Shown in pieces: positions 13,411 through 27,040 of a stretch of DNA of 64,000 nt. Each line of letters opens with the position of its first letter. Position 1 is the stretch's first letter. A program made the position numbers and the translations under genes. The notes beneath the pieces are model-generated. The model did not search any database. It worked only from the letters and a program-made list of their open reading frames with translations, and was not told where the DNA came from. Origin of the DNA: Octopus vulgaris (taxonomy: Eukaryota). The stretch spans positions 150,784,001 through 150,848,000 of the forward strand of contig OX597815.1 in the NCBI GenBank assembly GCA_951406725.2, written 5' to 3'.

Positions 13411-14305
13411 AACGGTGCAATGGGTTAATTGTCGCCATATTATATTTTTAATTTCACGCATGCGCATTGTTTGTTTGTTTTTGATTTTGTAGACTATACA
13501 GTATAGTAGGGTCAGTTGGGCATCATCTGTGAGAAACACACCATCATGACGCAATTCATTCTGCTGGAAATTTGAAAACGGCATTCTCTACTAGTCATTT
13601 GCGACGGAAGCTCCAACACGAACATTTTAGAGTGTTTGGTATCAATCTGAAGAAAGTGGAATATGAGGACATGTACCGGGAGTGATAAAAATTAAAAACG
13701 TCCAGTCAACATCATGGGATTCGGACTGATCACTAGTGATGACGACATTATGCCTCCATTTATTTTCTCTCACGGCCTCAGACTCAATACGGTGACATAC
13801 AGCAAGTGACTGGAGGAGGTAGTGCTGCTCTGGGGGAAGAATGTAGCTGCTTGAAGACCCTATGTCTGGCAACAGGACTCTGCACCATGCTATACAAGCA
13901 GGAGAACACAGTCCTGGTTATCAAGCAATTTCTACGACCACATCACCCCTAACATCTGGCCTAACACCTAACTCCCCAAACTGGAACCCACTTGATTATT
14001 ATGGGGGGCGTAGTTGAACAAGAGACCAACAAAACACATTATAACACCAAAGATGACCTGAAGGCAAGTATTATGGCAGCATTCACCAACTTAAACAAGG
14101 AGACCCTCCAGAAGTGTTGCAAGAGATTCCAAAGTCGTCTGGAGGCCATGTTCGAAGCCCATGGCGATTTTATTGAATACATTTACTCTTTAGTATTGTC
14201 AAGATATTTTATGTAATTCTGGTAAATATATCTGTTAAAGTGAGACGTCGGTGTTATTCTCATTTTTGTGTACTTTAGACGACAATTTATACACCGCACC
14301 GTGTA
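13410..14305 (+). mobile_element. Tc1/mariner relic, maT (DD37D-like), internally deleted
   Basis: Degenerate TIRs (acggtgc...aattgtcg / cgacaatt...gcaccgtg); VWQQDSAPC...IWP.NSP..NPLDY with about 37 residues between the last two Asp. Confidence 0.85.
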
Positions 14306-14309
14306 CAAA

Positions 14310-14660
14310 TTAATAAATAAAACATATGCATATATACATACATATATGTACGTACCTACATCTATATGTATATATACATGCATATATGGGTACAGGACAC
14401 CAAAAAAACGTCGAACACAATGAGAAACGAAAACATAAACACAAAACCAAGAAAATGGACATTTTTCTTAAACAACGAAAAGATAGAGTACAAGACATGC
14501 AACACAAGGAAAATTCCCCTTCTTCAGCCGCCTCTGTTTCATCTACTCCGCGGTTCGAAGGTAAAGGCGAGACACGACTTCATGGAAACAGTCCTTCCCG
14601 CAAAAGCAGATTAAATAAAATTTGCGATTTTTTTACGGAGGGTTAAAAATGGTAACATAT
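14310..14660 (-). mobile_element. Repeat family B (paralog of 54415-54885), probable PLE 3' end carrying a permuted HHR motif
   Basis: About 340 bp reverse-complement homology to 54545-54885; flanked by TA-rich tracts. Confidence 0.7.
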
Positions 14661-15075
14661 ATACATATATGTATGTGTGTGTGTATGTATGTATGTATGT
14701 ATGTATGTATGTATGTATGCATGCATCTTCTATATTCTAATTGTTATAACTCTTCCATTGAGGAAGGAGCCGGTTTCCAACAAAGATACAAGGCTCCATC
14801 TTTGGGTTATATGTATGTAAGTATGCATAAAATATAAATATGCTCTTGTGCGTTCGTGTGTTTTATGTCGCAGTAAACAAGCAGTTAATAATAAAGTAAG
14901 TCAAACCATGCCGTCGAGTTTATTTCATTTCATGGCGTCCCACTCAATCATCACTACAGTTTTTCACCATGTGATAGATTTATACACACACAAACCAAAA
15001 ATACATACTTACAAACATGCATACATATATACTTACGTACATAGACACATACATATATCTAAATACATAATTATA

Positions 15076-15124
<49 letters not shown>

Positions 15125-15270
15125 GTATGTATATGTATATATATATATATATAAATATACATATCTATATACATATACATACATATATATATGTATATGC
15201 ATATACATATATATTTATAGACGTGTGCATATTTAAATGTTTCATATACATTGTTGCATATATGTATATA

Positions 15271-15349
<79 letters not shown>

Positions 15350-15513
15350 TAGATATACTTATATATATATATATATAGATTTGTACATAGCTACACATAT
15401 TTATATATTTACGTGTAAAACATATTTGTATTATATATATGTTTGTGTTTGTATGCGTACGCGAGATTGTGTGTATGTGTGCCTGTGTGCGTGCGCGCGT
15501 GTCTCTGTGCGTA

Positions 15514-15548
<35 letters not shown>

Positions 15549-16146
15549 CTGTGAGTATACACCTGCAAGCATACACCCCGTCGGCGCTATCATGACGGCT
15601 ACTCCGCCGAAGTGTACTTAAAACGCTGAAGAGAGGTTATAATAGATGTGCGAACAATAGCCATGTCATATCACGCCAGACAAGTCAGATTAAATATATT
15701 AAGTCTACATAACTATCGAAATATTACTACCAATGCCTCACTTCTTGTTGGCACATCGTTCTTCCTCCATAGCACCAACTACTGGCTTTCATATTCCTAC
15801 GTGAAAATAAAATTATTATCTAATAATTTTATTGTTTATTTTCACTATGTTAAAGTTTGTATTCACAGTCTTATGGTATATATTTTTTGGCGAAACTTTT
15901 TTGTTGACTTGCTACCGTAGCTTTTATTCTATTTTTTATTTTACAGAAAATTTAGCAAATTTTGAAAGATATTGGTATATTTCCATCTCAAAAACTTTCT
16001 ATATTTCGGATGTTTTGATTTCAATGTCAAACAAACTAAATCTAACCTTAACTCTTATGTTGCAATTTTGGGAAATATCACTCAACGCAATGGAAGCATT
16101 TATTTGACGAAATGAAGTCCTGCATATTTTTGTGTGAGTGTGTGTA

Positions 16147-16206
<60 letters not shown>

Positions 16207-16413
16207 ATATGTATGTATGTACGTACGTATGTATATATATAGAGAGAGAAAGGGAGAGAGGGAAGGAGAGAGAGATGATAGATACATAGATAGATAGATA
16301 GATATAAACACACACACGAGTTCAAACATACACAAATACATATATATATATACACACATATATATATATACATATATATATATATATGTAAGTATGCATG
16401 CATGTATGTACGC

Positions 16414-16470
<57 letters not shown>

Positions 16471-16500
16471 TACATATATATATATACGTATATATACATA

Positions 16501-16700
16501 TATCTGTAAAATAATATGTGAAAATTATTCGGTAGCCAAGATAAAACTCTGAGTTTCGGATGCCGAGGTGGAAATCCGCACCTCCATCTGTTCGGTTATC
16601 TGGCCATCTGAAAAACGGTATGAAAAAAGACCGTTATACAGAGGGAAATTACTGTGTTATAGACCGCTACTTATACAAAAGCGCTAATTAAGATAAGCTT
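16501..16700 (-). mobile_element. Diverged single-arm copy of the 53776-54119 PLE-like family
   Basis: tatctgtaaa...ttcggtagcc...gagtttcggatg matches the left arm at 53776. Confidence 0.75.
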
Positions 16701-16864
16701 AAAAGTTCATAGTAAACACATAAGCGTGCCTGTTCATACGTATACATGCGCGCTCGCGCAACCACGTGCGTACGCATACATCACTATGAAAACGTACACA
16801 TCTTCACTCGCATTTTTTGCCAAATGTATATTCATAGATATACAAACTCATATATTATGTATAT

Positions 16865-17253
16865 GCCGTTACGTTGTGAGTTCATATTCCGCCGAGGTCG
16901 ACTTTGCCATTCATTATTTCGAGATCGATAAAATAAGTACCAGTTACGCACTAGGGTCGATATAATCGACTTAATCCGCTTGTCTCTCCTTGTTTTTACC
17001 TTCTGTGTTTAGCCCCTTGTGGGTAGTAAAGAAATAGGAATTTCGTCTGCCGTTACGTTCTGAGTTCAAATTCCGCCGAGGTCGACTTTGCCTATTATCC
17101 TTTCGGGGTCGATTAAATATGTACCAGTTACGCACTGGAGTCGAGGTAATCGACTTAATCCTTTTGTCTGTCCTTGTTTGTCCTCTCTGTGTGTAGCCCC
17201 TTGTGGGGACTAAAGAAATAGGCATTTCGTCTGTCTTTACGTTCTGAATTCAA
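16865..17253 (+). mobile_element. SINE family 1, tandem core and tail modules
   Basis: Two and a half repeats of an approximately 185 bp module. Confidence 0.85.
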
Positions 17254-18405
17254 AACCCGGAACCATGTGGTTGGTAAGCAAGCTACTAACCACACAGCCA
17301 CTCCTACGCCTATAGAAATTTGATTGCTTTCATAATGTGTTATCTAATTTCCCTGAGCTCAGTTTTAAAATGTTATGTTTGTGTTGCCTTCGATTTGAGC
17401 TTGAGATCAAGGACGTATTTCTTACGAAGGTTTTCGGCAGGATCATCTGCATGTCTACTTGAACTCCTTAAAAAGACAAAAATTCTGTATAGCTGCTATC
17501 ATTTATCTCGTTTACTCTACACCTCGATATCTTCTTAACAACGAAAGGAAGTTTTAAGATGTTCAATGGGAATGAATTAGCACGAACTGATAACAGGATA
17601 GTAAATAATAATCTATAACACTTCTCTAGCTGTTGTATGATATATTCAATAGAGAAAAGCTTTTTGTGTGACCTTCTCAGGCGGCTGCCACATGGGCTTA
17701 ATACGTCAACCGTTAATCAATCAATTTGTACGTTAAGGAATAGCGTTCTGAGCCACATCCTTACATTAGAAATAAACTAGTTTTCCTTTGTTTTTAAACT
17801 ATTTTTAGTTTGTTTTCTTCAACGGCAACAACAGACATAATTCACGAGACTATTGCATGCATTATACACTTTTGAAAATCTATTATGGAACCGGTAAAAT
17901 TTATTCAACAAATGAGATCCAGAAATTCTCAGTATAGAAAACACTTTGTAGCGCTCAAATGATTCGAACTTGGACTCCAACGTCTTTATGAGGGACCAAT
18001 TCCGTGGGAGTAAAGAGTGGCTATAAGAGGAATCAAGGTGAGCAGATATGGACGCAGTTATGCGGTTATATAACGGATTGGGTTTTATATACAATAATGT
18101 GTGTGTGTGGATGTGTGTGTATGAGTGTGGGTGTGTGTGTGTAAACAAAAAGAAAGTAAAGACTGAAGTTTATCGAACGATTTAGGTATAAACATATAGA
18201 TATTAATATTAAGACATCAACCGTACACCGAGTACAAAACGACAGACAAAATCAAAGGGGAACAAGTAAGATGTTATAAGTCCAACTGTTGTTTCTGCGG
18301 TCTTGGAGACCCATCATAATGTTGGTAGATGTAGTTCCTCAAAATATGCAGTCAGTTATGGAATCAAATAATCATTGACCTTCCATCATCAAGATTGAAA
18401 CAGAA

Positions 18406-18441
<36 letters not shown>

Positions 18442-18523
18442 GTCATACTGTCCAGCCCTAGTCGCCATGATAGATCATTAGCCACTACACACATTTTTTC
18501 TCTCCTTGTTTTTTTCTGTGTCC

Positions 18524-18559
18524 CTTTCTGTAGAAGAGCGTAGGTTCGAAACGTAAAAG
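18524..18559 (+). ncRNA. Minimal type I hammerhead-like motif, CUGUNGA core variant
   Basis: CUUU-CUGUAGA-A-GAGC(GUAG)GUUC-GAAA-CG-UA-AAAG; stems I and II pair; lies within repeat 18470-18652. Confidence 0.6.
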
Positions 18560-18653
18560 ACTTTTTCTATTCCTGAGCGTTATACTAATACATCTGTTTG
18601 TTTTGTACACCACCTGTCTTCGTCTTTTGTTTTTTTCGTAAACTCTCCCTATA

Positions 18654-18689
<36 letters not shown>

Positions 18690-18807
18690 TGTATGTATGT
18701 ATGTATGTATGTATGTATGCACGCATGCACACACACATATACATACACTTATGTGTATCCTATTCTTATATATATATATATATAAGTTACTGGCTTCTTT
18801 CTGTGTG

Positions 18808-18878
<71 letters not shown>

Positions 18879-19217
18879 GCCTCTTTCAGTTTCCGTCTAC
18901 CAAATCAGTTCACAAGCTTTGGTCAGCCAGAGGCTATAGAACACACTTGCCCAAGAAGCCACGTATTGTGACTGAACTCGGAACTATGTGGTTAGGAAGC
19001 CAGCTTCTTACCACACAGCCAGGCCTATATTATATTTTTATTAATGTTTAGAAAGTCCCTATTAAAATGTATGACATGTAACCACTGAATTGTAATATCA
19101 TATACTCCGTTGATACCTGAGCAGAAAATTCATTTTTATTATACAGATAATTTCCAATTCCACATTATAGCTTTATAGGCCGTAATAGTCATAGACTACG
19201 GATAAATAATCTTTTCT

Positions 19218-19611
19218 ATTCTACTCTAGGCACAAGGCCCGAAATTTTGGGGGAGGGGGCCATTCGATTAGATTGACCCCAGTACACAACTGGTACTTAA
19301 TTAATCGAGCCTGAAAGGATAAAAGGCAAAGTCGACCTCGGCGGAATTTAAACCCAGAATGTAAAGACAGACGAAATACCTATTTCTTTACTGCCCACAA
19401 GAGGCTAAACACAGAGGGGACAAACAAGGACAGACAAACGGATTAAGCCGATTATATCGACCCCAGTGCGTAACTGGGACTTATTTAATCGACCCCGAAA
19501 GGATGAAAGGCAAAGTCGAATTCGGCGGAATTTGAACTCAGAACGTATCGGCAGACGAAATACGGCTACGCATTTCTCCCGGCGTGCTGACGTTTCTGCC
19601 AGCTCGCTGCC
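19218..19611 (-). mobile_element. SINE family 1, full-length dimeric copy
   Basis: Head near 19611, two cores, 3' end gtgcctagagtagaa. Confidence 0.9.
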
Positions 19612-20182
19612 TCAGTGCGTATTCAAAACAAAGAATACGCCTTAAAATATTTATTTATCACATCTTTAGAGGAAATTCAATGCGATTAAAACTTGAGTAC
19701 TTAAACTTTTTTATACTGTTCTTCTTTACGATACGCTCTCCTAGTTATTCTTCAAACGATGGTGTTACTTTTCTGGAGCAGCTATTCACAGTATTGTTTA
19801 TTGGTTGGGATAGGTATATATACATTTTTAGAGAAGCTCCTATGTAATTTATTTCCATGTTTGTTGGTGTATTACCTGTTAGCCTTCTAACTTATGGGAC
19901 CAAATATTATGTTCATAAATACCACCTTAATGTGCTTGGCATATAATCTTTTAGATGCATCTCCAGGTGTCCCATCATACATCGAAAACTCGCGTTGGCA
20001 ACGTTATGGGCAATAAAGGTCATTAAGAATAGATTATTTAATTATAATATCAAAATGTTGTAAGTAAATAATTTCACGTTGTATTCTTCTGTGTTATCCC
20101 TCTTTTTGTAAAACTTTCATAATTATGTATTCGACTAAAAACTATTTAGAAATTCTTCAGTTTAACGTTAAATTGTTTTTGT

Positions 20183-20510
20183 ATAAAGTGATGGTTTGTT
20201 GCCAACTTAATGTGCCAGTCCTAGGAAAGGGAAGAATGCTACTGCTATTTAGCCCTAGGAAACATCGTTTCCAGTTGGCTTCGTGACACAAGCGTTCCGT
20301 GTCTTTTCTCCTCTGTTTGAAAGCTTAAGGACACAGAACGCTAGTGAAAAGCAGTCAACTGGAAACGATGTTTCCTGGGGCTAAATAGTAGTAGCATTCT
20401 TCCCTTTCCTAGGACTACCACATTAACTTGGCAACAAACCATCACTTTATCGTGCTGCTATTGTATAAGTTTCTCTGGGAGATTTAGAAATGCAATATTT
20501 CTAATTTTGT
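20183..20510. mobile_element. Fold-back PLE-like relic (arms about 20183-20305 and 20328-20450, plus tail)
   Basis: About 120 bp inverted arms; the tail and arm are homologous to minus-strand 24325-24500, and the arm to 13241-13334. Confidence 0.7.
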
Positions 20511-20939
20511 TTTTGTATATAAATTGATATAAAAACAATCAACTGTGTGTGTGTTTGATTTTATATGCATGTATCTTGTGTGTATAGTTAAATGTACGAC
20601 TACTTCACATAACATGATCATTTTCTAATTAATTCATAGAGCATTCTATACTACTTGGTCGTGTTACTAATTATAATATTCATATTATTTGTTGTGGGAA
20701 ATTAAGCTAAACACAAGTAGAAATTATTAGTTCCATTCTGAATATTATAATATATCTAAATATTAGATCTCTATAAAAGAATGCAATGAAGTGTACCCAG
20801 ATGATCCACTGCTCTTGGACATTTAAATGAGCTTGGAACTACCATTGTTGTATTCTGAATAATTGCAATAGTGAAACGTATGTAGGAACTAATAATTTAC
20901 ATTTGTGCTTATCTTAATTTTCCAAATATATATATATAT

Positions 20940-21340
20940 TAGCGCAGGAGTGGTTGCGTGGTAAGTAACTTGCTTACCAGCCATATGGTTCCTGGTTCAG
21001 TCCCATTGTCTGACATCTTGGGCAAGTGTCTTCGACTATAACCTCGGGCCGACCAAAGCCTTGTGAGTGGATTTGGTAGACGGAAACGGAAAGAAGCCCA
21101 TCGTATATTCGTATATATATGTGTGTGTGTGTGGGTGTGTTTCAGTGTCTGTGTTTGTCCCTCAACCATCGCTTGACAACCGATATTGGTGTGTTTACGT
21201 CCCCGTAACTTAGCAGTTCAGTAAAGAGACCGATAGAATAAGTACTAGGCTTACAAAGAATAAGTTCTGGGGTCGATTGTTTCTATTAAAGCGATGCTCC
21301 AACATGGCTGCAGTGAAATGACTAAAACAAATAAAAGAAT
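20940..21340 (+). mobile_element. SINE family 2, long form
   Basis: Matches 31575-31960 and the reverse complement of 320-686. Confidence 0.85.
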
Positions 21341-21353
21341 ATATATTTATGTA

Positions 21354-21668
21354 ATCGTCACTAAAGTAACTAAAGGTGCAAGTCAACACCAGTATTGCTA
21401 GAAATAAGACTCAAAACAACTCTTAGCTGATGAGGGAGACACTGATGAGGATTACTTTTATCGAAAATCACCGGTGATCTGGCGCCGTCGCTTGCTGTAG
21501 GGCTGTTATCTCCCTTCTCAGTCAATAAATAGTGCTTTGCTCGTGGCTAAGTGTTGTTGTGATTCATATTTCTAGCAATGCTGGCGCTGACTTACACTCT
21601 TAATCACTTTTAGTGACGATTGTACTTGTGTCTTTTGGTTTTAAATTGCGACTAGCCATTTTACTAAT
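21354..21668 (+). mobile_element. Inverted-arm PLE-like relic with an internal degenerate HHR (21435-21486)
   Basis: Arms 21354-21427 and 21546-21620; CTGATGA-g-gat...atc-GAAA-a-tcaccggtga-TC; tail runs into (TA)n. Confidence 0.65.
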
Positions 21669-21694
21669 ATATATCTTTATATTTATATAAATAT

Positions 21695-22225
21695 ATATAT
21701 AAATTAGAAAAACTCACCTTTTATCAATTCAACAATGAAAAAATTAAATTATGCCATATAGAAAAAAATAACATCCTATAGAAAAAAAATAAACCAATAA
21801 TTAAATAACGTGCAAAATAATAAATAAAAGGTATATATTTTGTAAAATTACTATACGTATTTTGTGGCTATATTTAAGAAATTAATTCAATTTAAATACG
21901 CTTCAGGTGAGGAGTGGCTATATTTAAATTGAATTGATTTTACTGTTATCATTTCTGAAATATAGCCACGAAAGACGTGTAGTTATTTTACTAAATATAT
22001 ACGTTTTATTTATTATTTTGCACATTACTTAATCATTGGTATATGTTTTTGTCTTATATTTATTTTTTTTCTATATGGTATAATGTAATTTTTTCATTGT
22101 TGAATTGATAAAAGGTGTTTTTTTCTAATTTATATATATATATATATATTATGAAATTTGATTTAGCATTTCTAAATTGAATTTTTCCCTGTAAGTTTGG
22201 AATAATATTCCCTAATATTATTATT
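21695..22225. mobile_element. Fold-back PLE-like relic (about 200 bp arms) with a degenerate HHR; related to 36600-37080
   Basis: Inverted arms centred near 21905; tgagga-gtggctatattt...aaatatagccac-GAAA-gacgtg-TA. Confidence 0.7.
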
Positions 22226-22239
22226 ATATATATATAATA

Positions 22240-23310
22240 AGGAAAAGGAAATCCTTTGTTACAGCGCATCTAATTAGTGCTTTATATGAGCAAAATATAG
22301 TAAAAATCAAAGTGGATGACAGATTTTCGTAGGTCAAGTTCCTTTATCATGGAAATACAAAATACATTAAAAATTCATCGAGATGTTAGGTTTCAAGCGC
22401 TCCAATATTACAATCCAAAGAAAAGCAGTATTACACAACCTTACGATCGTTTCGAGGTATGTATTTGTATTAGGTGAGTTTTCCATACGATACAAATAGT
22501 CGCATTTCTGTCATCAGAGGTACAAATAAATCGATTAAAATGGTTTAAATGTTGAGAAAGTTTAAAATATATCCCACTTGAAGTCATATGGAGTAATGTT
22601 ACACTTTTGTTTTTAAATTTTATAGTATTTTTAAAAATTTGTTATAATATTTTGAAAAGTATATAGAAAAAGGCTCTGTGAAGTGAAAAAAGTAGTGAAG
22701 TAAAATTCATTTGAGAATGAAATTAAAAAATATTTGTATAATAAAATAAAATGAGGACTCAAATATCGGGTTAAATCTGATTAACCATATAAGACAATAG
22801 GATTGCTGATAATCAAATATAGTAAATAATTAAAGTAAGGTGAATCTATATATGCAGATAGTTAAGGGGAACAGTCAAGAAATTCACTGTTATTTGTGAT
22901 TTGTAATTTACAATGATCATTAACTTACAGTTAATGGGTTCGAATGCGACGCTAAGCCCGTGAATTACTAAAATGCCAAAGTATAAAGAATTTTACGCTT
23001 AAACTTTAAGTTGACCAAAGTGGAGGAAATTATTATTTCATTAAGGTAAGTCGGCGTTCATATGATCGAATTCTATCCTTTCTGCTTTTTTAAAAAACTT
23101 AATTGTAGCTAAATATTTATGCCTACAAGTATTACAACGTCCGATATTTATTAATTAAGATTTTCTTGTCAATACGAAATATATCAGTTGCTTCGTTCGT
23201 ACATAACTTCCAGTATAGCTTTTATATGGGGTGTTTTCCGTTATGATCGACCAGTCTAATCTAAATTCCTTATCTCACACTGTTGCGTTTTTTGTACTTG
23301 GGTTCGAGAA
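22240..23310 (-). mobile_element. Degenerate Penelope-like element 3' end: GIY-YIG C-terminus, 3' UTR and HHR
   Basis: Frameshifted translation of 23310-23065: FSNPSTKNAT..KEFRLDWSII....PY / KLCTNEA..IF......LINK / TCRHKY, paralleling the 42903-43856 ORF. Confidence 0.8.
22438..22521 (-). ncRNA. Minimal type I hammerhead ribozyme (base of stem II degenerate)
   Basis: ACCU-CUGAUGA-...-GAAA-C(GAUC)G-UA-AGGU; palindromic loop III. Confidence 0.75.
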
Positions 23311-23345
23311 TATATATGCATATATTTATAAACATATATACATAC

Positions 23346-23389
<44 letters not shown>

Positions 23390-24548
23390 ACATACATGTA
23401 AGTATGCATGCATCTATATAATGGTGAAGCATCCTATATAATCCTCTGCAATGAATTTCTCACTACAAACTGTTATGTAAAATTTCTAACTACAAAATTT
23501 TCCTTTGCACAAATGAACCCCGTCGTTTTCGACAAGAACTATTGTAGGTATTTTATAAATTACTGATATTATATTAAATGCTTACATTTTGCACCTTTAA
23601 ATAATATTTTGTCAAGTTTTTAAGTTTAAGGTAAACTTCTTATCGGTTGCTCGTCATCTAACGTAAATTAATTAGGTTCGTTTACGTAATTTCTTTCGTT
23701 TCGTAATTATTATTCGAATTAGTGAATAATTTTTCCATTGTAATCCCTAGTTTACTGAAGTATATCCGTGTAACCAACATGAAACAAATTGCCTAATTCG
23801 GCGTGTAAATGGAATTTCAGAGAAAATAATTGTCTGGAATTATCGAAAAAAAAAGACGCTGACTGTTTGAAAAATAAAATAAATTGCTAAGGAGTAGCGA
23901 AATATAGTGGTAACCATTATTACAATAGACTTAAATCTAATACATACAAACATATTTAAACATGTGTGTGTCGTGGTGGTGGTGGTGGTGGTGTGTGTGT
24001 GTGTGTGTGTATGTGTGTAATTCAGAACTACCTCATTGATCAGTCTGGAAAATTAATGAAACTTTAAATTTCCAGTTCTTGTTGAATATTTCCAATGCGG
24101 ATTCTCAAAACATCTGCCTCGTTTTGAATTCTATACTCCCTACATAAGTCATTCGCTGCAATTGCCTTTCAATGTTTCCTGTCTACACGTTCAAACATAT
24201 TCACGTATTCATTTCCTTCTCATTTCCAACTGCCATTAACTTGTTACACAACGACGAAGATACGAATAAGAAAGACTCTCTGAATATCCTTACAAATGCT
24301 AAAATCATTTTCAATGTAAATATAAATATTAATATTTCTAAGTCTCTCTAAAGGAGACTACGACAGCGGTACTGGATGTTAATAATTATCACCAAGCTAA
24401 CATGGCAGTCCAGGAAAATAGTACGAGTGCTGCCGTTGATTAGCTCCAAGAGGCCATCGCCTCTAGCTCGCTATGTGACACACGAACCTGTGTCTATTAT
24501 AATCTTCGAACAGGGAAGGTCAGCCGCTTCCCTTTGCTGGTCAGGCAA

Positions 24549-24589
24549 CTACAGACTAGTTTCGGAGTATTTTCCCCTTATCAATGTAG
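24549..24589 (-). ncRNA. Compact type I hammerhead, U3-A8 core variant
   Basis: CUACA-UUGAUAA-GGGG(AAAAUA)CUCC-GAAA-CUAG-UC-UGUAG; perfect 5 bp stem I; lies inside PLE-like repeat 24325-24645. Confidence 0.75.
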
Positions 24590-24649
24590 AGCAGCCGAAC
24601 CAAGCAGGCGTCGCAACTGACCGTCTGTTCGAAGGATTATTTACCTAAA

Positions 24650-25615
24650 GAATAGATCAGTATCAACAGAATATATTATCTGAGACAGATCAGAGGAGAT
24701 TTAATAACCAAATAAATAGTAGATAACGGAGTACTAAAGATGGGAAAACTAATGCAGAGGAGGCTAGAAAGTTCTGAAGTAATTTTTGGAATAAACCACT
24801 CAATTATAATGGAAATGATATATATTTAAATAAAATGAGGAAATAAGTTGTGAGTGAGAAGCAGCCAGATCTAAGTTTTAAGGGAAATGCTGAATAGGAA
24901 GGGCCCAGGACTAGATTTAGTTGAAGGATAGTGGCTAAAGAAATTCAGTAGTTTACATGGGAGGATTGCCTTAATGGAGGAATAATACCAGATTGAATGA
25001 CTAGAGGGAGGACAATACTCATTATGAAGGATAAGAGCAAGGGTAATACAGCTATCAACTATAGACCAATTACTTGCTTACTATTAGTATGGAAGCTGTT
25101 AACAGGAATGCTTTCAGAAAGCATTTACAAGCTCCTTGACAACCAGAATTTACTACCAGAAAAACAGAAAGGTTGCAGGAAGAAGGCTAGAGGAATGCAT
25201 GATCTACTATATATAGACAAAGCAGTTCTAAATGAAGTAAAAGCTAGAAAGAAAAATTTAACAATAGCATGGATGGATTATGAGAAAGCCTATGACATGA
25301 TCCCACACTCGTGGATAAATGAATAATTAAGTATATTCAGTATAGCAGACAACGTAAGAGATTTAATTAGTTTTAGCATGAAAAAATGGAAAGATGACAC
25401 ACTATTAGGGAAAGTTAATACCAAAAGGGGAATTTTCCAGGGGTCTCGTTGTCTCCTTTCATATTTGTCTTATGTTTGATCCCCATCAGTATAGTATTAA
25501 GGAAGGCAAAAGCAGGGTATCAATTCAGAACCATTTGCTCTACATGAATGAACTGAAGCTTTTTGGTAAAAATGAAAAATAGATAGATTCCTTAATACAA
25601 ACTGTAAGACTCTCA
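24650..25615 (+). mobile_element. R4/Dong-like LINE reverse transcriptase fragment (disrupted)
   Basis: NYRPITCLLLVWKLLTG...QKGC...WMDYEKAYDMIPHSWI; downstream GIFQG.LSP and NHLLYM remnants. Confidence 0.9.
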
Positions 25616-25792
25616 ATACTCAACTGGTATTTAATTTATCGACCCCGAAAAAGACGAAAGGCAAAGTCGACCTTCGCAGAATTTGAACTCAGAATGTAGC
25701 AACGGGCGAAATACCGCTAAGCATTCCGTTCAGCCTGCTAACGATTCTGCCATGTCGCCACCATCATCGTCATCATCATCATCATAATAATG

Positions 25793-25878
<86 letters not shown>

Positions 25879-25879
25879 A

Positions 25880-26824
25880 ATGGTACGATTATAATTGTAA
25901 TGGTACGATTATAATTGTAACGGCAATGATGGCCGTCTCCCCACGAGCCAATCAAAGCTAAAAAATGATAACATTATCGTAGCACCAAAATGTTTTTGGA
26001 AACTAAAAGGAAAACTAAATCAGTATACCAAATCGCTTGTCCTATGGTTAATCTGGAAGCGCGTCCCCCAGGGAAGAGCCAGCCTGGGATCGAAAGTCAT
26101 CAACTGGCACAAACTCTTCTCCGAATACGGACATGGATGGTCACTTGAACGGGAAATCCCCCAACTCGAGCCCTCCAAGTTCACCACCACAACCACCACA
26201 GAAAGAAAAATGTAAACGGAACAAATGGACCCGAGAAGAGTATAAAGAAGTAATATACGCTTATTACTATGCATTAGGTAGGCCATCTCAAGAGAGACAC
26301 ACCGCAAACTCTTACAGTATATAGAGAACACGGAATCAAGACAGTAGGCCCTATTTGGACGAGAACAAATTAGCAAATGTGAGGAGGGATATCCTTAGAA
26401 ATAACAGACTCACAGACAGTGAAATAAGCGCGATCAAGCACGCAACGGAAAATGACATAAATATAAGACACAAAGGAAGTGAAGAATCAGATGAACAGTA
26501 TAGCCCGCCACGAGGCTTAATTGAAAGACTGCCATCTGACCAAAGTACGCAAAGGCCTGAAGATACAAGAAATTCTATTGTACCTGTTAAAGATAGCCAG
26601 GAAAACGAAAAAACAACAGTAACTGAAGATCTCGCATTTGCTGAAGAACACAGAGAGTCTATAGCAGAAATGAGGCAGAAAATCCTGAATACGCTTGAAG
26701 TTGTAAGACATACAAGTATGAATGATAGAGAACCACTTCATAAACTCTCAAATACAAACCAAAATAAAAAACAAATCCAAATTGGCAACTATGTAACAAA
26801 TGAAATAATACGAGAATTAAAACA

Positions 26825-26825
<1 letters not shown>
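25880..26825 (+). mobile_element. 5' end / N-terminus of an R4/Dong-like LINE, 3'-truncated
   Basis: RNKWTREEYKEVIYAYY...DENKLANVRRDILRNNRLTDSEI, typical of the R4-clade N-terminus; starts after (TAA)n; one in-frame stop at 26322-26324. Confidence 0.7.

Positions 26826-27040
<215 letters not shown>

Noticed and set aside
17426-17466. Possible 41 nt minus-strand exon
   Set aside because: Splice-like signals are present, but there is no recognisable peptide or partner exon
20183-20450. MITE or miRNA precursor
   Set aside because: The asymmetric tail and homology to the hammerhead-bearing family at 24.3-24.6 kb favour a truncated inverted retroelement
25921-25985. HDV-like ribozyme at the LINE 5' end
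   Set aside because: Only a simple hairpin was found; I could not build the nested double pseudoknot
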